From Balanoglossus misakiensis (taxonomy: Eukaryota > Animalia > Hemichordata), in NCBI GenBank assembly GCA_040954595.2, contig CM082581.2:11964286-12028285 (forward strand): DNA of 64,000 nucleotides, written 5' to 3'. Under the pieces are notes generated by a model. It worked only from the letters and a program-made list of their open reading frames with translations, was not told the DNA's origin and ran no database searches. Position numbers and translations under genes: made by a program. Within the stretch, counting starts at the first letter, position 1; every line of letters begins with the position of its first letter. Positions 52,701 to 64,000 of the stretch are shown here, piece by piece.

Positions 52701-53769
52701 TGCGCATTGGTGTGTAGAGTCACTGGACGGAAATCTATTCTTCCAATTGCTGAAGTTTGTTGAAGTACCATCCAACCAGACAAAATCACCGGACGAGTCT
52801 TTCTCTAGTCCCAGCCATATGTCCTTTCCACGTCGATTGTTTGGAAGGGCCTGCCAAATCAGATCAGATCAAATCAAATCAGATCAGAACAGATCAAGTC
52901 ATATCAAATCAAACCAAAACCAAACCAATCAGTTGAACACAATTCAGTCTAATCGAATCACAACAGTCAGTCAGCAAATCCAATTGGTCATTTACACAAG
53001 GACAAAACCTTCCTGGAGTTGTATCAAAGAGTTTGCAAGCTCCCAAAATATTGCATTAATACCTTACTAGTGTACACAGATACACACACACACTCATGAA
53101 CACATGCAACTTACATCATATATGATTTGACTCTCGGCTTCACTTGTTATCTGTAAAAGAGAGGCTGTCGCCCCAAAGCGTTGCCGACACTCTTCAAGCG
53201 CAGAATCGAATGACATGGTATCATTTTGTGCACTGACGTAAAGACAGTAGTTGTCGCTGATCGGGTGCAGCACATTAAGGCAATCTGTCGGTATTAGAAA
53301 ATAGTTCTGACGTTATCATATTGGGGTACAATACAAATTCGTACTGTATATCATTTCAACATTTGCACTTGGAAGATCCAAGTGACTATTTTCTGTGGTC
53401 AAACATTCAATGAAGTCTATTTCTGACGATGGCTGTTTACAACTTATATTCGATCACTAAAATAAATTCCCTTTAAATGATCTACTAGTATGTTTCATGA
53501 AAATGGCAATAGCAGAATTGGTTAGTGACAATTTTTAGTGCAAAACCTATGGGAAGGCAAATTAGACGCTCTCATAGACGTGTCCACTCCAACCTGGAAT
53601 CCCCTTTAGTATGTATCTGCAGTTCTCTGAAACACTTCTTTTATGAAAATTAAAAAAAAGTGAAAATTATAATGTAATTTACTCCGTATATGTGCAAAGA
53701 AAATAATTTCAAATGTTAAGGATGGCTTTACCTACCTATGCAGAACACAATGCTCTGTAGAACGAAAAT
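43712..53769 (-). CDS. Adhesion GPCR gene B (ADGRD/GPR133-like 7TM); CTLD-stalk-GAIN/GPS-7TM, about 900 aa traced, start-codon exon not located
   Basis: 25 phase-compatible exons: 53736-53769, 53115-53284, 52622-52850, 52117-52376, 51716-51898, 51391-51459, 51187-51298, 50876-50980, 50599-50668, 50291-50414, 50038-50096, 49597-49732, 49286-49389, 48619-48721, 48098-48251, 47788-47857, 47435-47501, 47113-47198, 46773-46899, 46515-46556, 46203-46286, 45142-45259, 44420-44499, 44042-44101, 43712-43768. They total 2703 nt and are open. The last four exons are supported only by splice sites and phase. Confidence 0.9.
46203..49389 (-). CDS. Gene B, 7TM and helix-8 exons (104, 103, 154, 70, 67, 86, 127, 42, 84 nt)
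   Basis: [17 protein letters not shown] / [11 protein letters not shown] / [22 protein letters not shown] / GLP / [16 protein letters not shown] / [22 protein letters not shown] / GFFIFFFH / VRAALRR. Confidence 0.95.
49597..51898 (-). CDS. Gene B, GAIN domain with GPS motif (8 exons)
   Basis: ECVFWDF; GGWSTVGC; [15 protein letters not shown]. Confidence 0.88.
52622..53284 (-). CDS. Gene B, single C-type lectin-like domain (2 exons)
   Basis: [39 protein letters not shown]...C..YTCK; no QPD/EPN or WND-type motif. Confidence 0.88.
52856..52930. repeat. Degenerate pentanucleotide microsatellite (AGATC/AAATC)n
   Basis: aaatc agatc agatc aaatc aaatc agatc agaac agatc aagtc atatc aaatc aaacc... 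Confidence 0.85.
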
Positions 53770-56149
53770 CTGTAGAAAAAGAGGGGGGAAACAAGATTGG
53801 AATTAGATTGAAGACCGGCGTACAAGAATGAGATAATTCCCAGAATCAATCGTGTATATCTTGTTCTGAGAAATGCAATTTCACATCATTGATTCGCTAT
53901 ATTCTTAGACTGCAATGATGTTTCTTTTATAAAGCGCGGCGCATAACGTATTTCAGCAGTTGTAGTATGAAGGAAACATAAAGCCGTTGTTTGTCTTTTC
54001 GGACAAGTATAGCATTTTTTTTCTGTTTACAACAAGATATCATGAACATTCAGATCACAATCACCTACATCATCATCGTCACCACCACCCCAACCACCAC
54101 TATCACTAACGTCGACGTCTTTGCCGTTGTCTGAATCTGAATGTTCAAAATGTACGCCAAGTTGTAATCAGTGTGGAACATCGAAAGTCAAACGTTTTGT
54201 TTTATTGATCACAGCACACGTCAGTAAACCTGACCTATAAACGCCCTGTCCATTGCAATTCCCGGTCACACCCGTCAATTCAAAAACTGAATGGGCAAAC
54301 AGCCAAGCGTGTTTTATAGCACATCGCTGCACATTTTAGTAAAATCAGTATTCCGATAGTGTAGATTTAATGTCACGTTCAAATTCACCATGGAAAACAT
54401 ACCGTACTTCATATTGATGTATCGCTGAACCATGGGTGCTATTAACAATTAAGTCATTTTGAACAGTTCCATCATGAAATGCCCTTGGGGTTTTACTAAA
54501 TTGGATATAAATGGTACACGAGATGAACATACATAGTAACACGTGATATGTTTCACTTCCTCTTTTCATACACATCTTTCAACATCTGGGCGAACGTTTA
54601 GTGTGACTGTCGGCTTGCAAACATTACATTAATAAAATACACAGTTTTAATTAGAATTTACTAGAATTATCACCAAATTTGTCTGGTGGCAATAAAATTC
54701 ATACATTGCTCGGGACGGCACACAACAGACTCTGGTTTCCGCTACAACTCGTCGAGCGACACTGATATTCAGCAGTGTCCTTTCGGGGAGATCCGTTGTG
54801 GATTAGTTTCGGGCACGATAAAAGGTTATGGTACGCACTAAAACAAACACAATTCATCTTCTGTCGCAGTACACATAAGATGCAAAGAGTATCGGCGGAT
54901 GAGGACCCATTCCAATGTGATATCAGACGCACCTCAATCAACCAAGCAAAACGTTTGATTGATCACTCTTCCTGGGCAAATTTCCTGGAGTCGAGAATTG
55001 GACTCACTTTGGCAGTCAACTCACAAAGGTTGATAATAGCTTAAATTATATCGCTTTGATGATCGCGATATATATCGTTGGGACAGAAATAAAACTGTGC
55101 ACATTTTTCTTGCACCTGCGTGTGATTCAATGAAGAATGTTTATATCGGAGGCAGATATTAACTGCTTTTATTTTGCTTGGTAGCATTGAAAGGATTATT
55201 GGTCACATGGTCAATTTTATGGAAGAAAGATTAATTCACAAACACAAGCAATTACTGTATCTCTAGTAAAAATTAAATATCAGCTGAGCTCGATGAAGTA
55301 TGCAATCACACAGGAGGGAAATTGATCGTTTTTGGCATCTTTGGAATGTGTGTGTCCAAGATTTACGACCCATGACATCATCTGCTATTCTATTCAGTTG
55401 TCTAAGGGAACCAAATAAATAAATCCGGTATGGCGATATTGGTATGAACGCATCGGCAAAACCCCACATGAGATCAAGAATGGCTCTTGTCTCTACTCTC
55501 GCTTCTCATAAAGGGTTACCACAGATGGGACAGTATTAGTCTCACCCAAGATAAATGTGCATTCTATTCCCCGCGAAGGAGAGCTTGTATTTAATACGCA
55601 ATCACATCGTAAATTTTGCCTCTCTGAAGTAGTTATATCTACCGGTTAAGATGAGCGAACGTATGCTGTTACGCCCTGCTGGTCATGATGAATCCGATTT
55701 CGCAAAAAAAAAATAACAAAATTTATTGAGACAATGTTTTCACTGCGGCGAATTCCACAATTTCCGCAGTCGCTGTCCCAGATACCATTGACAGAGAGTG
55801 CAGCATGAATGCCACAAAGAGGGTAAGAGTAAAATATGATCTTTAGCTCAGGGAGGAGGGCGATGCTACGACAACGGTAATCACAAATTAATAAATTACA
55901 CCAAAAAGATTGGATTACGGGAAACATATGGCATATGCCACACAATAGTGCACGCGATATTAAACACGTCGAATTAGTGACCGTAGATTGCCACACTTTG
56001 AAAGAGGAAAACACACAAGGATTGGATATTGAACGTCTTTCAAGGACTTGTCTGGCGTCAGCTGGGCTACGATGAAACAGGTTTTTGTGAATGTCTACTG
56101 TCCGGCTGACCTAGTCGGACACGTGAATTATCCAGCTATAATCTATAAG

Positions 56150-56697
56150 GTGTGTGTTTGTGTGTGTGTGTGTATGTATGTATGTATACATGTATGTATG
56201 TATGTATGTATGTATGTATGTATGTATGTATCATTGTATGTATGTATGTATGTATGTATCATTGTATGTATGTATGTATGTATGTATGTATGTATCATTG
56301 TATGTATGTATGTATGTATCATTGTATGTATGTATGTATGTATGTATGTATGTATGTACTATGTATGTACTATGTATCATTGTATGTATGTACATGTATG
56401 TACTATGTATGTAGTATGTATGTAGTATCATTGTATGTATGTATGTATGTATGTATGTATGTGTGTACGTACGGTATGTATGTATGTATGTATGTATGTA
56501 TGTATGTATGTATGTATGTATGTATGTATGTATGTATGTGTGTACGTACGGTATGTATGTATGTATGTATGTATGTATGTATGTGTGTGTGTATGTATGT
56601 ATGTATGTATGTATTTATGTATGTATGTATGTATGTATGTGTGTACGTACGGTATGTATGTATGTATGTATGTATGTATGTATGTATGTATGTGTGT
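56150..56697. repeat. Compound (TATG)n microsatellite, about 550 bp
   Basis: TATG runs interrupted by recurring TATCATTG and GTGTGTACGTACGG inserts. Confidence 0.98.
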
Positions 56698-57656
56698 CAC
56701 ATGGAAAGTGTCTAAAAAGTGTAATTAAGTGTGACACAATCTGTGTATTTCCCCAATGTATTATCGTTTGCTACAATCAAATATTTTCCAACCTTCATTT
56801 CACACCATACATTAGCCGTCTGCTCTTAAATTTTGCAATTTCATTTCAGTGGGATTATTTTATTCACACATCCGGTTGTATTACTATTGCGTGTAACAAA
56901 AGGCAATGGAATAAAAATCATCTGGTACACCACTGAGGCCACTGAGGCATGATGGATGAAAGGCACATTGTATATTTACAAGACTATGAGTAAACACTAG
57001 GACGCAAAGCAGTAATTTTTATTTTATTTGGGAACCAGCTATACGCAGGTATTAAAATATGACCACATGTATATTTAAATCAACGAAATGACTAATAAAT
57101 CGCGCCTTTGACGGTATTCGTACTTCTTTCTTTGTGTGGCAATTAGAACTGAGCTAATTGCCAACTTAAAGTTGAACATTTATGCATACTAATTTAGAAA
57201 TTCAAATCACGTGAGAGGCGACACGAAGCAAAGACGCGGGACTTTTAACTTTTCCAACAAATGCTGAAGTTATCAACCTTGACTACTTTTCTTGTTTGAA
57301 CCACCCCTTTACTAATTCTGGGGCCAGTGGATATTGATAATTTGAAATAAATAATGATATTTAAGTTGCCGTTCTGTTTCATGTTGCGTCGTTATTTCTT
57401 TGCGTGATTGAAGCAAACTCAATGAACGTCCGTATGTGAACATTTGAAACTCTATCTACAATTTGCCACAGCGATTGAATTGATGGTACTCCTATCAATA
57501 ATGACGAAATTATTTGAAATACTGTCACATATCTCCTGTTAGTCTGCGAATATGAGTCGAGTAACTCATCATAATTACTCTTTTTTCTTATTACCTGAAA
57601 AGTGAAAGAACATGAAGACGCTGTCCATGACCGACCAGCTCGTTATCTTACAGTAC

Positions 57657-57733
57657 GAGTTTAATTGAACCCTTTGACTTTTAGAAATGGTCTAGAATCA
57701 GAGTTTAATTGAAACCTTTGCTTTTTAGAAAGG
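57657..57733. repeat. Imperfect direct duplication of about 33 bp
   Basis: GAGTTTAATTGAACCCTTTGACTTTTTAGAAA versus GAGTTTAATTGAAACCTTTGCTTTTTAGAAA. Confidence 0.75.
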
Positions 57734-59143
57734 ATGGGTTTTAAAAATCACAGCGTCCATTTCCTTTGTACAATTTCTACATCTACGTCATGCTAGATAA
57801 AGACAATATCCAAACCCAGCTAAAATCTCCTTGGAATATCGACTTTGACAACTAACCTCAAACAGCTCAATCTTATGACACGTACGAATGCAAAGTTTTG
57901 CTTGCCCATTTTCAATGAATCAGCTTATTTCAGGACGATTCGGTAACCATAATCACAGTGCCTTTTAAAACGATGAAAGATTAAAATCACGCACAATTGG
58001 ACCCAGTATAGTTGTTTTAATCAATGTGGGAGTTACAGTTGCGTGACAAGAGAATATTGTTGTTATGAAAAGGGATGTTGTTTATTAGCCACATCCACAC
58101 CGGGGTAACCAGACCAATTTATCATTCCGACGTCCTGCGTCATGACAGAAGACTGATCGTTTTTATTCGTGTAATTTTGTAAACAGATAGAGAACAAATC
58201 TGAACAACAAACATTGACGCGCATTACAATGTACAATGTAGCTCTTTCTCAGTTATACAAACAGACATGTATCGTAATCCGGGCATGTTTGCATTAAGAT
58301 CAAGTCAAATTTATATGGTACATAGAGAAAGGCGTTGTAGCAGTAGGAAAGAGACCAAGGAAAATTATTCATGTTAAAATTTACAAACTAAAGTTCTGAG
58401 AATATTCTGCTTGGGGTTGGGTAAAATTTATCATTATAGGTTTTTAATGGCACCAAAGTTGATTTTTCACAAATGTGACATCTTGATCGCATTGACAGAT
58501 GGCCATGCATGGTGTTCAATGGAAGCATTGAAAAGTTCACAAGAGTTGACACAAATCGATGATACAATGGAAACATTTATCCGATTACATTTCGCGAGTC
58601 TTGCGCGCACATATCTGAATTGTAATCGGGATTTCATAATTTCACCAAGTCAACAAAAAAACATTTTACAAGTTTGATATGACCTTTGATGAGAGATTTC
58701 AGGATAATTCCTACTTTATTTGGACATCAATAATTTATTGCAAATAGGCAATAATCGTCGTCTGCCGACAAAGGGTATTGCGCAAGTGGGAACACCAGCC
58801 GCTGCCACATATGAATTCAGGTTTAGTGTTATTATGAATTTAAGTAGTATTACAAATTGGGTTCCTATGTCATGACTAAATGACTATGAAGGGATTTCAA
58901 ACATGTATACGACCATAACAAGGATAAATTAGTTTCAAAATGGCAGGATGGCCATTGTTTTACACTATACCTTTATAAATGTCATTTTGTATGCATATAT
59001 ACTGGCGTGGTGTGGGCCTATATCTAGTTCAGCCTTTGAATGTAGTGCGCATGTGCGTAATTTGCCAGACTTCGTGATGAGGAGGTCGCGTACAAAACTG
59101 CACAGCTCAGTCGCGGGTTATTGAACCAGGTTTTATCAGAGGT

Positions 59144-59232
59144 TCGGGTGTGGCCGAATAGTTTTGGCATTGGTGTCTTTGCTACGTGGATCGCTATCAT
59201 ATAGCGTGCCAGTTCGAATCCAGTATGAAAGG
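59144..59232 (+). pseudogene. Degenerate tRNA-like sequence (tRNA pseudogene or SINE head)
   Basis: A-box-like TGGCCGAATAG (59151), hairpin CGCTA-tcata-TAGCG (59192-59206) and B-box GTTCGAATCC (59212). The acceptor, anticodon and T stems do not pair. Confidence 0.4.
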
Positions 59233-62200
59233 TATATTAAGCCACAGTTTAAAACCATGGAAATGACAGGATTTCACTTGGGTGGTCATGCGTAAAAATC
59301 AACAATGGTCACTAGAAAACTTTGGTACGTTTATTTCACCATAATTATATGGGAAAATGTAAATTGAACAATGACAACAGAACAATGTTGGAGCTGCAGC
59401 CGTTAGGAACGCCAGGATATGGAATTCTTCCATGATGTTTGACTTCAATGGCTAAAGCGTTGAGAACTGCAGCCCTTCAATTGTTGATCTTAATGAGTAT
59501 TTTTTTCTCGATTTTCCGCCCTTAAACTTGTATACATCATTTAATAGGGCAAGAATAATACAGTATTCTTTGTTGGCAGTCCAATAAAAAACATATTCGG
59601 TACATTTATCACAACCGATGATTGCATGTATTCATAAGAAACTGAAATTGAGCACGTAAGCTTGAAAGCGATTGACATTTATGGCTTGTAACTCAAACAA
59701 TCGATCACAATAGCAGAGTCCTTGCATCTGTAGTTGTGCACTCAAGTAACGAGTTTATTCAATGCCAGATTCCCACTTTACTCTCTTTCTATCAGTCACG
59801 TCTGTTGTATGCATCACTGGAGAAATGTGAATAAACTGAGGTGCCTTTCAGCCTGTTGTTACGTTCATCTTCCCGTTAAACAACGCTTTTTACGATAGCC
59901 TATATACCGGTAGGCGACTGTACTTTTGCATGTTGCACCTTGCAGGAGCTGGTCCGTGAAATGACGCATGGCTGCGTCAGATTGAAAATGGTTTGCTGGA
60001 CCGGAAACAAATATCTTCATGGTTGTTGATGGCGGTTACAGTGAAATCTGACACCTCATGAATGTACTAACCTAAATGCACCACGAATACTAACGACTGA
60101 GATATGTTTAGTGATGTCATTTTATTGCCACCTCCAGTGTGGGCACCTGCACTCAGCGATACTGTCAACAATACATGCTTCTTTACACTAGCGGCAAGAT
60201 GATGGCTTGCAGAAACGATTTTCGAACTTGCTACTGCAATATCTCTTAAACAGTGGTATAACAGTTGTCGAAATGACAGTGCAAAGCTTCACATGTATAA
60301 TGAAGCGCCGTACTCACTTTTTTACCCACAATGCAATTATTATTTTTCAGCAACCATATGCCATACATATAAAATCTTCTTAAAGGAATTACCAATTTGG
60401 GATGATGATCTCTCATCGTCAACGACACATCTTAAATGATACGGTCTTTGTTGTGTGCCTTCTCTACGTTTTGAGAGTTCTTCATGTGACAGATGGTGGA
60501 TTTCATCTTTGCAAATATCAATTTCCTTGGTAAATTAAGCCCGTCAGTTATAATCAGCGATATGCCTAGGCTATGTCAGAGAGGCACAGAAATGTGTCTC
60601 CTTCGCCCCGTTGTTGACGTCATGGGGAGCATTATTGCGAGCAGGTTTTGGAAGTACACACCGTACACTCCTTACCAAGTTAACATACAACAATGTGGCA
60701 TGACACAAACATGTACTACGCGTGCACCATTTTCCACCAAAATGTAAGCTAGTCATTCAAAGGAAAATGAATAACTTGGACCATTGCTTTCCAACATTTG
60801 AAAAGAAAACAATTTCGCCCTTCGTTGCGCCAATTTGCGGAAGTCACGTGAAAGACATTCACAATCTTACTTCCAGCGGCGTGGCTGTGTGCACCATTTT
60901 GAGGACCAATTTGACGGGGAATAATGGGACAATCGTTGTACGAATTTCACCCAACGATCAGTTAATTTACCTATTTAGTATTGAAGAAGAAAGTCTCTCT
61001 GCAGAATTGGAAATATCCTTGCATATAGATATCGCGGGCCATAATTACCAAGGCTTTACCACTTAGTGATCATGTGTCTTTGAGAGTTTCCTTTGCGGTG
61101 TGTAAACCCTGGGGTTTACAGAAATAAATGCAGCGTTCTTTTTTGTTAGAATACGGTGCTCCGAATATGTCATGTTGTTTCCTATGAAATTGCTTCAGAG
61201 TTGGATGGGTAGGATGATTTTATAGTCAACCGCAGCCCAAGCAAGATTCAGTTGACATTTTCGGTTAAAGGGAGATGATCATCCAAACCAGAGACTGGTT
61301 TAAAAATTGTATTCAGTCAAATGCCATAAGGCATGGATAAAATGGTAGTTGAATGTTTTACATTGGCTTTGAGAAAGTTTTCATGTTTGCCTTTAGTTGC
61401 GATTTCTTCTTACTGTGAAACTTTCTGTCTTTGACAGTTTTAGTTCAAGGAATTAATCCGATACGAACAATTGAAGTCTACGACAGTCTATGGTTAAACA
61501 TTAAACATTTTCATTCAGTGTAGAATCCTCATTTTGTTCAATTGTTACCCTTTATTTTGTTTCCAATTCCAGTAGCGTTTTATTGTTGACCCCAATCTAA
61601 CGTGGTTTTGGGAGTAACCACGTCGGAAACTTCAAAATGTGCGATATAATCAAAATCTGCCAGAATAAACTCCATCAGGAAAATAGTCAACCTTAATATC
61701 CACTGAGTTCTCTTTCGGCACGGTTTCCTCTCAAACATTAACAGGACACGTGGAAACAAACACAGGTATTTAAGTGCACTTACTACTTCCCCGCCAAGTG
61801 TAAAGCACGTGTATTTCAGCTTTGATATCAGTGAATGCGATTAGAGGTTAGCACGCACTATTGCAATTGATTCCCCCTCTGCGCACTGAACTTGTGTAAG
61901 TCTATGAAGGAATCATCAGTCAAACTGCACTAACAGACGGAACAGAACTCGGATGTTATCAGCGCACATACATCAAAATGGTCATCCACGTTTACATTTA
62001 TTAACCTTCACAAACATTCTGTATAACCTGTGCCAGGAGACTATTCCGAGGTAAAGGAATACAGACTCAACGCAGTTTCTGTGGTTGCATGATTCATTAG
62101 TACCACTAAGTCTAGCATGACTACCATTTGATCCATATGACAGGCGATTTCAGTTCACTGGATCTCAAATTCTATAGCAATTAAAACGCAAGGACTCGCG

Positions 62201-64000
62201 TTTCCTAAATTACGAAATAAATGCATTGACATATTTTTCTTCCCAACTTGTAACTAAATCAGAACGATATCCTCTGTCAACGTTTGTTTGAAACATATCA
62301 TTTATGACCATTAAAATCGGCTAAAGGATTGATTTTAAAAACTGCGCTTGTAGTATTACACTCGAGACAGCTCAATTCAAAACCCAAATTGCTCGAGTTT
62401 CGTGCTTTCCGCGGTAAATACCCTTGTGTTTAACGGGACACGGTAATAACTGTCACGAATTAAAACTATTCAATATGTCAGACATGTGTTTAACACCAGC
62501 TGTGGCACTTAACTATAATGCGAATCAATTGAGGGACTGGTCTGCGGAAAAAGGATGTTTGGAAAATGCCATGACTCTACATAGTTACTTTTTATCGCTA
62601 AGATAGTAAGAAACTGATTATTATTTTTTTCGCTCAGACGGGTTTCTATATATGGATTTTACAAGTTGTTTTTTCAACACCACTATTGGTTTTTAATCTG
62701 CATGATTGGTCTTTACTACTTGATAGATAATGTTGTCGTTTAATGTGGGCACAATTTGATTAACCGTAGTTGCGGGAAAAGGAGTGTCATTCAAGAGAAG
62801 GCCATACACATGTACGAGGCTATAGGAATACTTCTTCTTGTACGTGTTCTCTCTACATATTTCTCTGATGGTCTTTTGTGAGTGTAGTGGGGCAATGCTG
62901 ACATATATTTTACTTAAATTAGCGAGCACCCAATCTTTCAACAGAAACACCTGAGCACTTATTTGATGTTGCCGCATTTTCGCATGCTTAATTTCATTGC
63001 AATTCGACTCATGAAATGATGTGGAGTGTGGCTTTTATTTTGTTCACCGTACAGGAATTCCGCCTGCGTATAATTTGCATTCAACTGGCCACTTTGGGTT
63101 GAATGTGTAAAGTAACATAATTTCATTTATCATTTTACTTTCCACAGATCTCGGAAACAAAAGAACTTGTAATGTTATCCGTCACATGGAATTTGGAACA
63201 CGAAAACTGCGAACAGTTCATATGAATTCAGCATAAAATGGTATTATAATATGTGACATTTAATAATGATAACCAATCAATATTAAATGCAATCCATAAT
63301 CAGTGAAACGGTCGGTATTGGATTCATCAAGAATACAAATTTAACCTGCCCCACTCGTATGAGATTTCGGCTTTTTGTATTTCTGCTATAATTTTGTTCA
63401 GGGGTCATGTTGCTGAGCGTACAAAACTAGAACTTTTTCTTGTTATTGACCTCTTAAAACTAGAGTTGCTAGGGATTAATGCAAGTGGGGAGAATATATT
63501 CCCATGGGTTTGACAGGAAGACTGGGTACTAGTATTTATTCCGTGTATTCGCATCTTTACTCGAGAGACCAACTTCCTGCTGTATGCTAAGGTCAGTACG
63601 TAGCTGTCCACATGACTATTTGTGACATCTGTATAAATGTATTATGTCCGATTCACAGACTGCTTGCTCTTGTGTCCATGCGTGCGATGTGTAGAGATTA
63701 ATGGGGATATGTGGGCGCGATATCTGCCTTGAGCAATAGCAGAAAGCTAATTTGACTAGACAGCAGAGGGTGGCTTTGCAAATGGTTCGCTTTAGTCATA
63801 TGCACGAAAACATATCCTGCTGTGACCAAAGTGCCATACACCTGACATGCAATTGGTGTACACCAGTTGATTTCTGTGACCATGAACGTTGTAAAACACG
63901 AATGTTGACAATCTTCTATTTTGACCCATTCGCCTAAATTCGCGTAGACTTACCATAATCTGGATTAAATAGAAGCTTTGACCTTGGCCTTTCGCCTTTT

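Noticed and set aside
56048-56936. CMYV- and HTYI-rich ORFs
   Set aside because: These are translations of the (TATG)n microsatellite
57595-57628. Start exon for gene B (MDSVFMFFHFS)
   Set aside because: It ends in phase 1, which is incompatible with the phase-0 micro-exon 53736-53769, and it is a weak signal peptide on its own
60971-61063. Minus-strand peptide SGKALVIMARDIY, vaguely like a Penelope-type RT N-terminal motif
   Set aside because: It is short, followed by a stop, and I saw no downstream RT motifs

Overview
This is AT-rich, intron-containing metazoan genomic DNA. The HYR and C-type-lectin adhesion GPCRs and short introns suggest an invertebrate deuterostome, which is an inference. 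I assembled exons by hand from GT-AG sites and checked phase at every junction. The window holds: (1) the last six coding exons and 3' UTR of PDCD4 on the + strand (176-2316); (2) a convergent minus-strand adhesion GPCR, gene A (about 30178-5891, 28 traced coding exons, about 1077 aa, architecture CTLD-CTLD-HYR-GAIN/GPS-7TM, 7TM most like ADGRD1/GPR133); (3) a tandem paralogue, gene B (about 53769-43712, 25 traced exons, about 900 aa, CTLD-stalk-GAIN/GPS-7TM); (4) a 14.5-kb satellite (about 158 copies of an 88-bp unit nested in an older 86-bp variant) filling one intron of gene A between TM5 and TM6, where the paralogue's intron is 213 bp; (5) microsatellites, a degenerate tRNA-like element and some candidate regulatory motifs. 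Most ORFs in the supplied track are noise or exon read-through. The start-codon exons and the distal C-terminal exons of both receptors are less certain than the core.
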